From positions 14,408-78,407 of the forward strand of contig JAADGJ010000037.1 in assembly GCA_013152435.1 (NCBI GenBank): a stretch of DNA of 64,000 nt, written 5' to 3'. The position numbers and the translations under genes were made by a program. The notes below the pieces were generated by a model. That model saw only the letters and a list, made by a program, of their open reading frames with translations, was not told where the DNA came from and made no database searches. Within the stretch, counting starts at the first letter, position 1, and every line of letters starts with the position of its first letter. Positions 38,995 through 48,342 of the stretch are shown piece by piece. Source of the stretch: Chloroflexota bacterium (GTDB lineage: Bacteria > Chloroflexota > Anaerolineae > DUEN01).

Positions 38995-39035
38995 ACCTGT
39001 GTTTCCTTTCGCTTCGTTTATCAGATTCCACAGAT

Positions 39036-39064
39036 ACTATACCAGGTATATTTGTCGCCGTCAA
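39036..39064 (-). promoter_or_regulatory. sigma70-type promoter TTGACG-17-TATAGT (minus strand) for the PPC-domain gene
   Basis: The reverse complement reads TTGACGGCGACAAATATACCTGGTATAGT. The hexamers are the same as in the rnj promoter at 41508. Confidence 0.6.
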
Positions 39065-39459
39065 TGAAGATCCCTTGCAATCAGCTTACACTCCCTGACT
39101 CGGCAGCCGTCTGCCCTTTTGTAGCGCCACATAGATCCGTGGGCGGGAGGGGAGGGCATTCCCCTGCAGCCCCGGTCAATCGCAGAAGGAGCGCGCCGCC
39201 CTCAGGCGACGCGCTCAGACGCCATCACTCGTATGGCGTCCCCTGGCGAAGTTCCCCACGGCCTCATCGGCGTGCAGGAGGATCACGAAGCGCCCACGCC
39301 GGCCGCAAAAGCCGCATGCCCACCGATCGCAGGGCCTACCCATGCCCACGGGTGAGGGTAACTTCCCTCATACGGTATACCTCCATACGGCTGGAAATGT
39401 CATAAACGTAACATAAATTCGACTGAAACGCTGTCACCGGGCGGTACCGATCCGCATAG

Positions 39460-39491
39460 AAAAAGGGGAGGATACATAGCATATCCTCCCC
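39460..39491 (-). terminator. intrinsic terminator of rnj
   Basis: On the minus strand, GGGGAGGATA-TGCTATG-TATCCTCCCC is followed by TTTTT, 29 nt after the rnj stop. Confidence 0.85.
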
Positions 39492-39519
39492 CTGTTCTGC
39501 GTAGGCGCACAGGGCACCA

Positions 39520-41169
39520 TCACACCTCGGTGACCACCGGCAAGATCATGGGACGTCGATGCGTCTCGTCGTACAGGAACTTGCCCAGCACGTCCTTGAC
39601 GGTGCTCTCAACGGCCCGGGGCGAGCAGCACGAGCTGTCCAGAAGCGCCCGCTCCACCCGTCGCGCGGCCTCGTCCAGGAGGTCACCGGCTTCGCGCAGG
39701 TAGACGAATCCTCGGCTCACCAGCTCCGGCGGCCCGGCCGGCTCGCCGGTGGCCTGATCGACGGGGACGACGGCGATGACGAAGCCATCCCGGGCCAGGG
39801 CCTCCCGGTCTCGAAGCACCGCCGGCCCGATGTCCCCGACGCCGGAACCGTCCACGAAGACGTAGCCGCCGGGCACACGCTCGCCCACCCGGCCAACGCC
39901 GTCCTCGAACTCGATGACCGTGCCGTTCTCCACGACGAAGATGTTCTCCGGCGACATGCCCAGCATCCTGGCCGTGCGCGCGTGGGCGTGCAAGTGACGC
40001 AGCTCCCCGTGAATCGGGATGAAATACTTGGGCTTGACCAAAGCCAACAACAGCTTCTGCTCCTCCTGGCTGGCGTGTCCGGAGACATGCACCTGCGCCA
40101 ACGGAGGATAGATCACCTCTGCGCCGCGCTGGAACAGCTTGTTGATCACCCGCGCCACCACTTCCTCATTGCCCGGAATCGGATTGGCCGAAAGAATGAC
40201 CGTATCCCCCGGTATGATGTTGATGTCGCGATGGGCGCCGCGTGCGATGCGCGCCAGCGCCGCCCCGGGCTCGCCCTGGCTGCCGGTGACCAGCAGCACG
40301 ACCTGCTCCGGGGGCAAGCGCCGGATCTCCTCCAGCGAGACCAGGGTCCCGGCCGGGACGTCCAGATAGCCCAGCTTCTGAGCCATGCGGACGTTCTCCA
40401 GCAGAGAGTACCCGGCCAACGCGATCTTGCGATCGTGTCGGGCAGCGCAGTTGATGACCTGCTGCACCCGGGAGATCAACGAGGAGAACGTGGCGATGAT
40501 GATGCGCCCCGGCGCGTCCCGGAAGATCTCATCGAATACCGGGTCGATCACCTTCTCCGACGGGGTGAACCCCGGACGCTCCGCGCCGGTGGAGTCGGCC
40601 ATCAGCGCCAACACACCCTCGCGTCCCAGCTCGGCCAACCGCCCGAAATCCGCCCCCACTCCATGCGTCGGGGTGTAATCGAACTTGAAGTCCCCAGAGT
40701 GAATCAACAAGCCCACCGGCGTACGGATCGCGAGCCCCACCCCATCCGGGATGGAGTGATTCATGGCCAGGAACTCCACCTGGAACGCGCCGATCGAGAT
40801 CTGATCCCCCACCTGGACGGTGTGAAGCGCCGTCGTGTTGGCCAGGCCCTGTCGCTTCAACTTACCCTCGATGAACCCAAAGGCAAGGCGCGTGGCATAG
40901 ACCGGAGCCTGCATCTCCTGCAACAGATAGGGCAGCGCGCCGATGTGATCCTCGTGACCGTGGGTGATGACGATGCCGACCACCCGATCGAACTTATCCC
41001 GTAGATACGACCAATCCGGGATCACCAGATCCACGCCCCACATGTCGTTCTCCGGGAACATGACACCCACGTCAACGATCAATATATCCTGACCGTATTC
41101 AATGGCCATCATGTTCTTACCGATTTCCCCCAGACCTCCTAGGGGAACAATACGTAATACCTTACTCAT
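39520..41169 (-). CDS. rnj: ribonuclease J
   Basis: 549 aa. LRIVPLGGLGEIGKNMMAIEY, ITHGHEDHIGALPYLL, and beta-CASP plus C-terminal domain length typical of RNase J. Confidence 0.95.
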   Translation of the reverse strand: MSKVLRIVPLGGLGEIGKNMMAIEYGQDILIVDVGVMFPENDMWGVDLVIPDWSYLRDKFDRVVGIVITHGHEDHIGALPYLLQEMQAPVYATRLAFGFIEGKLKRQGLANTTALHTVQVGDQISIGAFQVEFLAMNHSIPDGVGLAIRTPVGLLIHSGDFKFDYTPTHGVGADFGRLAELGREGVLALMADSTGAERPGFTPSEKVIDPVFDEIFRDAPGRIIIATFSSLISRVQQVINCAARHDRKIALAGYSLLENVRMAQKLGYLDVPAGTLVSLEEIRRLPPEQVVLLVTGSQGEPGAALARIARGAHRDINIIPGDTVILSANPIPGNEEVVARVINKLFQRGAEVIYPPLAQVHVSGHASQEEQKLLLALVKPKYFIPIHGELRHLHAHARTARMLGMSPENIFVVENGTVIEFEDGVGRVGERVPGGYVFVDGSGVGDIGPAVLRDREALARDGFVIAVVPVDQATGEPAGPPELVSRGFVYLREAGDLLDEAARRVERALLDSSCCSPRAVESTVKDVLGKFLYDETHRRPMILPVVTEV

Positions 41170-41507
41170 TGTCGTTTCCTTCCTCCTGAAACATCACGGT
41201 CCCTGTCTGGACCCGTGTTGGTTTTCCATTTCTCTTCAAAGTCTATGAATCAATAACCCCGGCCATCGCGCCGGGGTTTGAAAGTGCATCGTGATTTCAA
41301 CCAGTATGGATCTCACACCGTGATCCGCTTATCAGGCAGACCATCGTCGATCATCTCTCTGATCCTCAAACGCTTTGGGCTTCGCCATCATATCCGAGGC
41401 GACCCCGGCGTAGGCCCGTGCCGCAAATGTCGCTCACAACAAAACACCGCGAAGTCAACTGCCTCTTCGCGGCGGATCGCTACACGTGGCAAAGTATGCT
41501 TCGACAC

Positions 41508-41536
41508 TACTATACCGTAAGAAGGGCTTTACGTCA
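41508..41536 (-). promoter_or_regulatory. sigma70-type promoter TTGACG-17-TATAGT (minus strand), predicted rnj promoter
   Basis: The reverse complement reads TTGACGTAAAGCCCTTCTTACGGTATAGT. It implies a ~330-nt 5' UTR for rnj. Confidence 0.55.
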
Positions 41537-41577
41537 ATTTCGGGGAGGCCCGTTGTGACAGCCCCACGGGAACGTGA

Positions 41578-41690
41578 GAGCGTGTCTGAAAATTTACCGG
41601 CAAGATGTCTGAGGGTTCCCCTCAACGACCAGCTCCACAGGGGGAGGTGTAGAGGGGGCCTCCCCTCCACGGAAATCCCACTTTTCCGGA
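41578..41690 (+). repeat. GC-rich hairpin-module repeat, copy 5 (head + first hairpin, truncated)
   Basis: GAGCGTGTCTGAAAATTTACCGGCAAGATGTCTGAGGGTTCCCCTCAACGACCAGCTCCACAGGGGGAGGTGTAGAGGGGGCCTCCCCTCCACGGAAATCCCACTTTTCCGG. Confidence 0.85.
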
Positions 41691-41840
41691 AGGACGCGAC
41701 CCTCAGATCTTCCCCCGCCTTGGGGAGCTGGAAGCCGCTCCAGGCCCCAACCGGGCAGTCTCCGCACTTGCCCTCCCTCCAAATTGCCGAGTTACAGGAT
41801 CGCCTATAGAATCCGGCCTGGACCCGGACGCGGAGGAGGA

Positions 41841-43028
41841 ATGATCGCACATCCCCAACACCATCCCCCAGATACGCAACCCCTCTTCACCCCGTTTGAG
41901 GCGAGGAGGCTGGAGCGCGCCCTGCGCGTGGCACTGATGCTCCGAGGGCTAGCGCTCACCATCTTCGGCGCGGTGCTCCCCGCCGTGATGAGTACCTTTG
42001 GCCTGGACAACGCGCGAGCCAGCCTGCTGCCCCTGGTGGGTGGGCTGGGCGCGGCCACCGCCGCGCTGGGGATTGGCCCCCTGGCCGACCACTGGGGGCC
42101 ACGGCGCGTAATGCTGCTGACGGCGGCGATGCTCCTCGCGGCCGCTCTGATCATCGGCCTCGCGCCCGCCTGGGCCATCTTCATCCTCGGCGCGTTCCTG
42201 ATCAACTGGGGAGCGGGCGGGATGGCGACCGCGGTCAGCGTGCTGCTCACCCTGGCCTATCGCGGACGCAGCGGGGCGGCTTTCAACCGCAATTTCCTGT
42301 TCGTCGGCGTCGGATCGCTGATCAGCCCCCTGGTAGCCGGGGCCATCCTGGCGACGGTGGGCTCATGGCGATGGGTCTTCGCCACACTGTCGGCGGCCTT
42401 CGTGATCCTGCTCATAACCGTCGCTCGGGCTCCCTATCCGCCCCCGGGGCCTCGAGCGGACACATCCCGCCCCACCGATGGACAACCCTGGTGGCGTCGG
42501 CGTGTGCTGGTGCTCTGCGCGCTGGCGCTGGTCTGTTACGTGGGGGCAGAGGCGGCGATGACCACATGGGCCGCCCGCTTCCTGGCGGCCGAACGCGGCG
42601 CGCCCATCGCGCTCTCGGCGACGGTGGTCTCCGCCTTCTGGGCCGGGATGATCGTGGGGCGCTACGGGTTCAGTCGGCTCCTCCGCCCGGGGAATGAGAA
42701 GCGCCTGGTAGGGATCGCGGGCGCCATAGGCACCGGCGCGGTGCTGGGATTCATCTGGATCCCTGGGATCCCCGGCCCTCTGCTGGCCGTCATCATAGGC
42801 GGACTGGCCTTTGGCGGCATGTGGCCCACCATCATGAGCTACGCGGCCGCACGGGCCGAGGGCAGCACCGGCGCGGCGTCCGGATTGCTCATCGCGCTGG
42901 GATTCCTGGGCGCCTTGACCGTGCCGGCACTCGTGGGCGTGCTCTCCATGTGGACGGGGTTAGGGGCCGCGTTGGGGCTGGTGGCCGTCTCCATGGCGCT
43001 GTCCGCCGTCCTGTTCTATCTGGCATAA
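41841..43028 (+). CDS. MFS transporter
   Basis: ATG at 41841 directly after GGAGGAGGA. 12-TM profile. Confidence 0.75.
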   Translation: MIAHPQHHPPDTQPLFTPFEARRLERALRVALMLRGLALTIFGAVLPAVMSTFGLDNARASLLPLVGGLGAATAALGIGPLADHWGPRRVMLLTAAMLLAAALIIGLAPAWAIFILGAFLINWGAGGMATAVSVLLTLAYRGRSGAAFNRNFLFVGVGSLISPLVAGAILATVGSWRWVFATLSAAFVILLITVARAPYPPPGPRADTSRPTDGQPWWRRRVLVLCALALVCYVGAEAAMTTWAARFLAAERGAPIALSATVVSAFWAGMIVGRYGFSRLLRPGNEKRLVGIAGAIGTGAVLGFIWIPGIPGPLLAVIIGGLAFGGMWPTIMSYAAARAEGSTGAASGLLIALGFLGALTVPALVGVLSMWTGLGAALGLVAVSMALSAVLFYLA

Positions 43029-43034
43029 CCCACG

Positions 43035-43063
43035 TTGTCCCGCACGAGGGCGGACGATATAAT
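43035..43063 (+). promoter_or_regulatory. sigma70-type promoter TTGTCC-17-TATAAT
   Basis: Read directly, 19 nt upstream of the GT4 ATG (short leader containing GAGGTG). Confidence 0.6.
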
Positions 43064-43081
43064 GGGCCCAGAGGTGCTCCC

Positions 43082-44182
43082 ATGCGCGTGGTCATCCTAT
43101 CCAAAGCCCTGCTGATCGCCGCCTACCGGGGCAAGCTGGAGGCTTTGGCTCGACATCCGGACATCGACCTGGTCGCCATCGTGCCGCCGAGATGGCGCGA
43201 TCGGCGCGGGGATGTCCGGATGGAGGCCGGGCCCACTCCCGGCTACCGATTGATCGTCACGCCCATCTGGCTCAGCGGCCATTACCATCTCCACTTCTAC
43301 CCTCAGCTCAGCCGATGGCTGCACACGCTGCGCCCCGATGTCGTCCACGTGGACGAGGAACCCTACAATCTGGCCACATGGCTTGCCGTCCGACAGGCGG
43401 GGCGAGTCGGCGCTCGCGTCTGCTTCTTCACCTGGCAAAACCTGCTGCGCCGTTATCCGCCACCCTTCCGCTGGTTCGAGCGAGACTGCTACCGGCGGTC
43501 CGACCATGCCATCGCCGGCAACCAAGAGGCCGCCCGGGTGCTACGCGCCAAGGGGTACACAGGCCCCATCTCCGTGATCCCTCAATTCGGCGTCGATCCC
43601 GACCAGTTCACGCCGGGAGAGCCGCCGGAGGCCCCGTTCACCGTGGGATACGCGGGCGGGCTCATCCCGGAGAAGGGGGTGGAGCTCCTGATCCGGGCCA
43701 TGGCGGGCATACCGGGGAAGTGGGAGCTCCGGCTGGCCGGCGAGGGGCCCGAACGCCCGCGGCTCCGAGAAATGACACGGACGCTCGGGATCGAGGATCG
43801 GGTGACCTTCCTCCCCCGGCTGAAATCCACGGACATGCCCGCCTTCTACCAGGGGCTGCATGTCCTGGTCCTCCCCTCACAGGAGCGCCCTAACTGGAAG
43901 GAGCAATTCGGGCGCGTCCTGATCGAGGCCATGGCCTGCGAGGTCCCCGTGATCGGATCGGACTGCGGCGAGATCCCAAACGTCATCGGCGATGCAGGTC
44001 TCCTCTTTCCTCAGGGAGACGAAGGGGTGCTTCGCGAGCATCTGATGCGCTTGCAGGTGGATGTCGACCTTCGTCGCACCCTGGGCGCCCTCGGGAGGAA
44101 GCGCGTGCTGGCGCATTTCACCCACGCCCGGGTGGCCGCCCGAACGGCCGAGGTCTACCGGGCGCTGGCCTCCTCACGTTGA
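43082..44182 (+). CDS. glycosyltransferase family 4 (GT-B fold)
   Basis: MRVVILSKALLIAAYRGKLE...VHVDEEPYNLA (N domain). C domain with GGLIPEKGVELLI, VLPS...E.FGRVLIEAMACEVPVIGSDCGEIPNVI. Confidence 0.85.
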   Translation: MRVVILSKALLIAAYRGKLEALARHPDIDLVAIVPPRWRDRRGDVRMEAGPTPGYRLIVTPIWLSGHYHLHFYPQLSRWLHTLRPDVVHVDEEPYNLATWLAVRQAGRVGARVCFFTWQNLLRRYPPPFRWFERDCYRRSDHAIAGNQEAARVLRAKGYTGPISVIPQFGVDPDQFTPGEPPEAPFTVGYAGGLIPEKGVELLIRAMAGIPGKWELRLAGEGPERPRLREMTRTLGIEDRVTFLPRLKSTDMPAFYQGLHVLVLPSQERPNWKEQFGRVLIEAMACEVPVIGSDCGEIPNVIGDAGLLFPQGDEGVLREHLMRLQVDVDLRRTLGALGRKRVLAHFTHARVAARTAEVYRALASSR

Positions 44183-44194
44183 GCAAGTTGTAAA

Positions 44195-44223
44195 CTGGCT
44201 CCTTGGGAGCCATGTGGTATAAT
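44195..44223 (+). promoter_or_regulatory. possible extended -10 promoter (TGgTATAAT) preceded by a small hairpin
   Basis: TATAAT at 44218..44223 with TG at -15/-14 and a weak -35 (CTGGCT). The hairpin TGGCTCC-TTG-GGAGCCA lies just upstream. Confidence 0.35.
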
Positions 44224-44228
44224 GAAAT

Positions 44229-45388
44229 GTGGTTTTAGAACAATCGACCGTTCGGGTGGGGCTCAACGCGCAACTGCTGTTCCTGGGCGAGACGTATCGT
44301 AGCGCGGGGATTCATCGCTACATCCAGCAGTTGCTATACGCGTTACCTCCCGCCGCTCCTGGGTGGCAGCTGACGGCGTTTGTAGGGGATACCCGGTTTC
44401 AAGCCCCGGCGGGGCTGACCGTGCGTTACTCCTGCTGGTCCACGGAAAGCCCGTGGCGAAGGATCCTGTGGGAACAGATCGCGCAGCCGTGGGTTGTCCG
44501 ACAGGAGCGGTTGCATCTACTACATGCGCTGGCGTATGTAACTCCCATCGTTGCGCCCTGCCCCACCGTCGTCACCGTCCACGATCTCAGTTTCGTACGC
44601 TATCCTGAGGCGTTCCGGCCGCTGAATCGCCTGTACCGATGACGCGCCGCAGCGTGCTGCGGGCGAGACGGATCATCGCCGACTCGTTCAGCACCCGGGA
44701 TGATCTGGTGCAAACCTGGAACATCCCGAGCGAGCGTATCTCCGTAGTGCATGTCGGCGTGGAAAAGGTCTATCGCCCGGCGCCACCGGAGGCGGTGGAG
44801 GCATTTCGCAGGCGGCGAGGCCTGCCTGAACGTTTCGTGCTGTACCTGGGCACCCTGGAGCCGCGCAAGAACGTGATCGCGGCGGTGGAGGCGTTTGCCC
44901 GGTGGATCCAGGCGACGGGTGACCGGACGACCTGGCTGATCCTGGGTGGCGCCAAGGGGTGGTATTATGAGCAGATCTTCAGCCGGGTGCAGGAGCTGGG
45001 GATCACGGACCGGGTGCGATTCCCGGGATATATCCCCTCCGCCGAGTTACCCGACTGGTATCGAGCGGCAGAGGTATTTCTTTATCCATCCCTGTACGAG
45101 GGTTTCGGTCTGCCTCCGCTGGAGGCGATGGCTTGTGGGACGCCTGTGATCACATCGAATACATCTTCCCTACCAGAAGTGGTCGGCGACGCAGCGTTGA
45201 AAGTAGACCCTCATGACGTCGAAGCGATCGCCGAGGCGTTGGCGCGTTTGCTAGAGGATGCCGACCTGCGCCGGCAGCTGCGCGAGGCCGGCCTGGAGCG
45301 CGCCCGCCTATTCTCCTGGGAGCGAACGGCACGTGAGACTATCGCTGCCTATCACCTGGCCCTGGGAAAGACCCCACCCGGCCAGTAA
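44229..45388 (+). pseudogene. glycosyltransferase family 4 interrupted by a frame change (two ORFs 44229..44642 and 44639..45388 overlapping by ATGA)
   Basis: ORF1 ends ...VHDLSFVRYPEAFRPLNRLYR*. ORF2 begins MTRRSVLRARRIIADSFSTRDDLV and carries the C-domain motifs ([34 protein letters not shown]). Together they read as one contiguous GT4. This may be a real frameshift, a sequencing error or a genuinely split enzyme. Confidence 0.6.
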
Positions 45389-46808
45389 ACGGTTCCATCG
45401 TTGGTTGGGGCTGCTGCTGATCGTCTCCGACGCGGTGCTCATCAACGTCGCGTTCGCCATCGCGTACTGGATTCGATACGACCTGCAGTGGTTCCGGGCG
45501 GTGGATCCGGCCTATAACACCAGCTATCAGGCCTATCTTCCCTTCGTCGTGGTCCTGACCTTCCTCCTCCTGATCGCGTTCCGCCTGGAGGGAGTGTACA
45601 GCCTGCGTCGTGGCGCCACCTGGCTCGATGAGGTCTACGCCATCGTGAACGGCACGACGACCGGCATCATCATCATGGTGGTCGTCACGTTCTTCTACCG
45701 CCCGCTGTTCTACTCTCGCCTGATCTTTCTCTACGCGGCCGTTCTGATCCCCTCCGTGCTCGCGTTCTCGCGCGCCGTCAAGTCCGTCGTGGTCGCCCGC
45801 CTGCGCAGGCGCGGCGTCGGCGTGGATCACGTCCTGATCGTGGGCGTCGGCGAAACAGGGCTCACCGTGCTGCGCAACCTGGTGGCCCAACCGGAATATG
45901 GATATCGGGTGCTGGGCTTCCTGGATGATAATCCGGAGAGGGGCCGACGGGACATCGGGCCCTTTAAAGCGCTGGGCGGCATCGACAACCTGACCCGGAT
46001 CCTCTCGACGTACCGGGTCGACGAGGTCATCGTGGCGCTGCCATGGCAGTACCACGGACGGATCGCCCGCGTGATCTCCGAGGCGGGGCGGGCCGGCGTA
46101 CGCGTGCGGATCGTCCCGGATCTGCTGCAACTCAGCCTGAACCGCGTGCATCTGGATCAGGTCGCCGGCATCCCGCTCCTGAGCGTGCGAGAGGGCACCC
46201 TGACCAGCTGGGACCGGCTGATCAAGCGGGCCATGGATATCACCATCGCCGGGCTGGGCACGATCCTGCTCGCCCCCCTGATGGCGCTCATCGCGCTGGC
46301 GATCCGCCTGGACTCACCCGGCCCCGTGCTGTTCCGACAGACGCGAGTGGGGCGTGGGGGGAAGCCCTTTACCATATACAAGTTCCGCTCCATGGTGGTC
46401 AACGCGGAGGAGATCCGCGCTCAGCTGGATGAGCTCAACGAGGCGGACGGCCCCATCTTTAAGATCAGGGATGACCCCCGCAGGACGCGAGTCGGGCGCT
46501 TCCTGCGACGGTCCAGCCTGGATGAGCTCCCCCAGCTCTTCAACGTGTTGCGCGGCGAGATGAGCCTGGTGGGGCCGCGACCGGCCCTGCCCAGCGAGGT
46601 CGCGCAGTATCAGGAATGGCACAAGAAACGATTGGAGGTGTCGCCGGGGATCACCGGATTGTGGCAGGTCAGCGGACGCAGCAAGCTCTCCTTCGACGAG
46701 ATGGTCCTGCTGGACATCTACTATGTGGAGAACTGGTCCCCCCTGCTGGACCTGCGCATCATGCTGAAGACGATCCCGCTGGTGCTACTAGGCGAGGGGG
46801 CGTACTAA
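45258..46808 (+). CDS. exopolysaccharide-priming polyprenyl glycosylphosphotransferase (WbaP/WcaJ-type bacterial sugar transferase)
   Basis: N-terminal TM block, a central Rossmann-like region (VLIVGVGETG), and a C-terminal sugar-transferase domain (KRAMDITIAGLG..., DELPQLFNVLRGEMSLVGPRP, GITGLWQV). The ATG at 45258 overlaps the previous gene by 131 nt, so the real start may be near 45405 (TTG). Confidence 0.85.
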   Translation: MPTCAGSCARPAWSAPAYSPGSERHVRLSLPITWPWERPHPASKRFHRWLGLLLIVSDAVLINVAFAIAYWIRYDLQWFRAVDPAYNTSYQAYLPFVVVLTFLLLIAFRLEGVYSLRRGATWLDEVYAIVNGTTTGIIIMVVVTFFYRPLFYSRLIFLYAAVLIPSVLAFSRAVKSVVVARLRRRGVGVDHVLIVGVGETGLTVLRNLVAQPEYGYRVLGFLDDNPERGRRDIGPFKALGGIDNLTRILSTYRVDEVIVALPWQYHGRIARVISEAGRAGVRVRIVPDLLQLSLNRVHLDQVAGIPLLSVREGTLTSWDRLIKRAMDITIAGLGTILLAPLMALIALAIRLDSPGPVLFRQTRVGRGGKPFTIYKFRSMVVNAEEIRAQLDELNEADGPIFKIRDDPRRTRVGRFLRRSSLDELPQLFNVLRGEMSLVGPRPALPSEVAQYQEWHKKRLEVSPGITGLWQVSGRSKLSFDEMVLLDIYYVENWSPLLDLRIMLKTIPLVLLGEGAY

Positions 46809-46885
46809 CGCGGCGCTCCTGTCCCGCCGGCGCGGTGTCGGCAGCGGAACGGGAACGCCCCCTCGGACGGTGAGGCGGAGACGCC

Positions 46886-48130
46886 GTGAACTTCGTCATA
46901 CGATCGACGCGACTCAACGACATGGGAATACTTTCTCGTCTGACATCATCGGACCGCTCGGCGTGCATCGAGTTCCTGCGCGATCTGGCGCGGATCCCCA
47001 GCTTCTCCGGCCAGGAGGGCGATGTCGCCCAACGCCTGGCCGAGGAGATGAGGCGGGTGGGATTCGCCGAAGTCTACGTGGACCGGGCCGGAAATGTGAT
47101 CGGCCGCGCGGGGATCGGCCGCCCCGACCGCAAACTGGTCTTCAACGGACACATGGACCATGTGGGCGTGGGAGACCTGGCCGCGTGGTCGCATGATCCG
47201 TTCGGCGCCGAGATCGAGGATGGCTTCCTGTTCGGTCGCGGCGTGGTGGACATGAAGGGCGCACTGGCGGCCATGGTCTACGGGGCGAAGCTGCTGCTGG
47301 ACGCGGGAGCATGGCTTCCCGGTGACCTCTACGTGGTGGGCGTGGTGCAAGAGGAGCCAGCGGAGGGGACGGCGATGCGCTGGCTGGTCGAAGAGGAGGG
47401 CCTCCACCCCGATTTCGTGGTCCTGGGCGAGCCCACCCATCTACGTATCAGCCGCGGCCAGCGCGGCCGGCTGGAGATGCGGGTCACGACACACGGCCGT
47501 TCCTGTCACGCCTCCACGCCGGACCTGGGCGACAACGCCATCTACGCCGCCACCCGGCTGATCTTTGGGATCGAGCTCCTGGCCCGACAGCTGACGGTGA
47601 ACGATCCGGTCCTGGGCAGCGGCTCCGTGGCCGTGACGCAGATCGAGAGCGAGAGCGGGAGCCGCAATGTCATCCCGGATCAGTGCACCTTCGTGCTCGA
47701 TCGCCGGCTGACGCTGGGCGAGACGGAGGCGCGTGCGCTGGCGGAGATCCAGCAGATCATCCAACGGGAGGACGTGCGCGCGGAGGTGATCGTACCCGAG
47801 TTTGAGATGGTCACCTACACCGGCCAACGGCTGCACGGGCGCGAATACTACCCGGCCTGGCTGATGCCGGAGGATCATCCGCTGGTTCGGGCCGGTCTGC
47901 GAGCCGTGGAGCGATCCCTGGGCACTCGCCCACGCTTGTGCGTCTGGTCGTTCTCCACGGACGGCGTTTACACCATGGGGGAAATGGGCATCCCCACCAT
48001 CGGCTTCGGCCCCGGCGAGGAGCACCTTGCCCACACGGCGGATGAGCGCATCCGCCTGGACGATGTGATCCAGGCGGCGCACGTGTATGCGAACATGGCC
48101 CAAGAGATCCTGACGACTCCGTCCCGCTGA
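46886..48130 (+). CDS. M20-family metallohydrolase, YgeY-like
   Basis: FNGHMDHVGVGD, GRGVVDMKGALAAMVYG, VQEEPAEG, GEPTHLRISRGQRGRLEMRV..HGRSCHAS.P.LGDNAI, DRRLTLGET and IGFGPGEE are collinear with E. coli YgeY as I recall it. The start could be the ATG at 46922. Confidence 0.8.
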   Translation: MNFVIRSTRLNDMGILSRLTSSDRSACIEFLRDLARIPSFSGQEGDVAQRLAEEMRRVGFAEVYVDRAGNVIGRAGIGRPDRKLVFNGHMDHVGVGDLAAWSHDPFGAEIEDGFLFGRGVVDMKGALAAMVYGAKLLLDAGAWLPGDLYVVGVVQEEPAEGTAMRWLVEEEGLHPDFVVLGEPTHLRISRGQRGRLEMRVTTHGRSCHASTPDLGDNAIYAATRLIFGIELLARQLTVNDPVLGSGSVAVTQIESESGSRNVIPDQCTFVLDRRLTLGETEARALAEIQQIIQREDVRAEVIVPEFEMVTYTGQRLHGREYYPAWLMPEDHPLVRAGLRAVERSLGTRPRLCVWSFSTDGVYTMGEMGIPTIGFGPGEEHLAHTADERIRLDDVIQAAHVYANMAQEILTTPSR

Positions 48131-48168
48131 CGGACTGCAAACGTCGGACATCCGAAGATCCTGCATAC

Positions 48169-48200
48169 AGGTACATTGGCTTGTCCAGTGTACCTTTTTT
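48169..48200 (+). terminator. intrinsic terminator after the M20 hydrolase gene
   Basis: AGGTACATTGG-CTTGT-CCAGTGTACCT (11 bp, one G-U pair) followed by TTTTTT. Confidence 0.85.
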
Positions 48201-48342
48201 CTTGTCAGCCCTCGCCTGTAGACGGATGGCTTACGTCCGGGTCCGCTCCGAGTTCGCATCAGGGTTGGAGAGGGCAGATCCAGGACAGATGCCAGGCCGT
48301 ATCGAAGCGCAAGAGGGACGACGCGAAGAGCGAGGAAGAAGC

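Noticed and set aside
48181-48342. The long N-terminal extension of the GT28 gene given by the ORF track (start 48181).
   Set aside because: The first codons lie inside the intrinsic terminator of the upstream gene (48169..48200). Family homology starts at MKVLILISETGGGH, and an RBS precedes the ATG at 48343.
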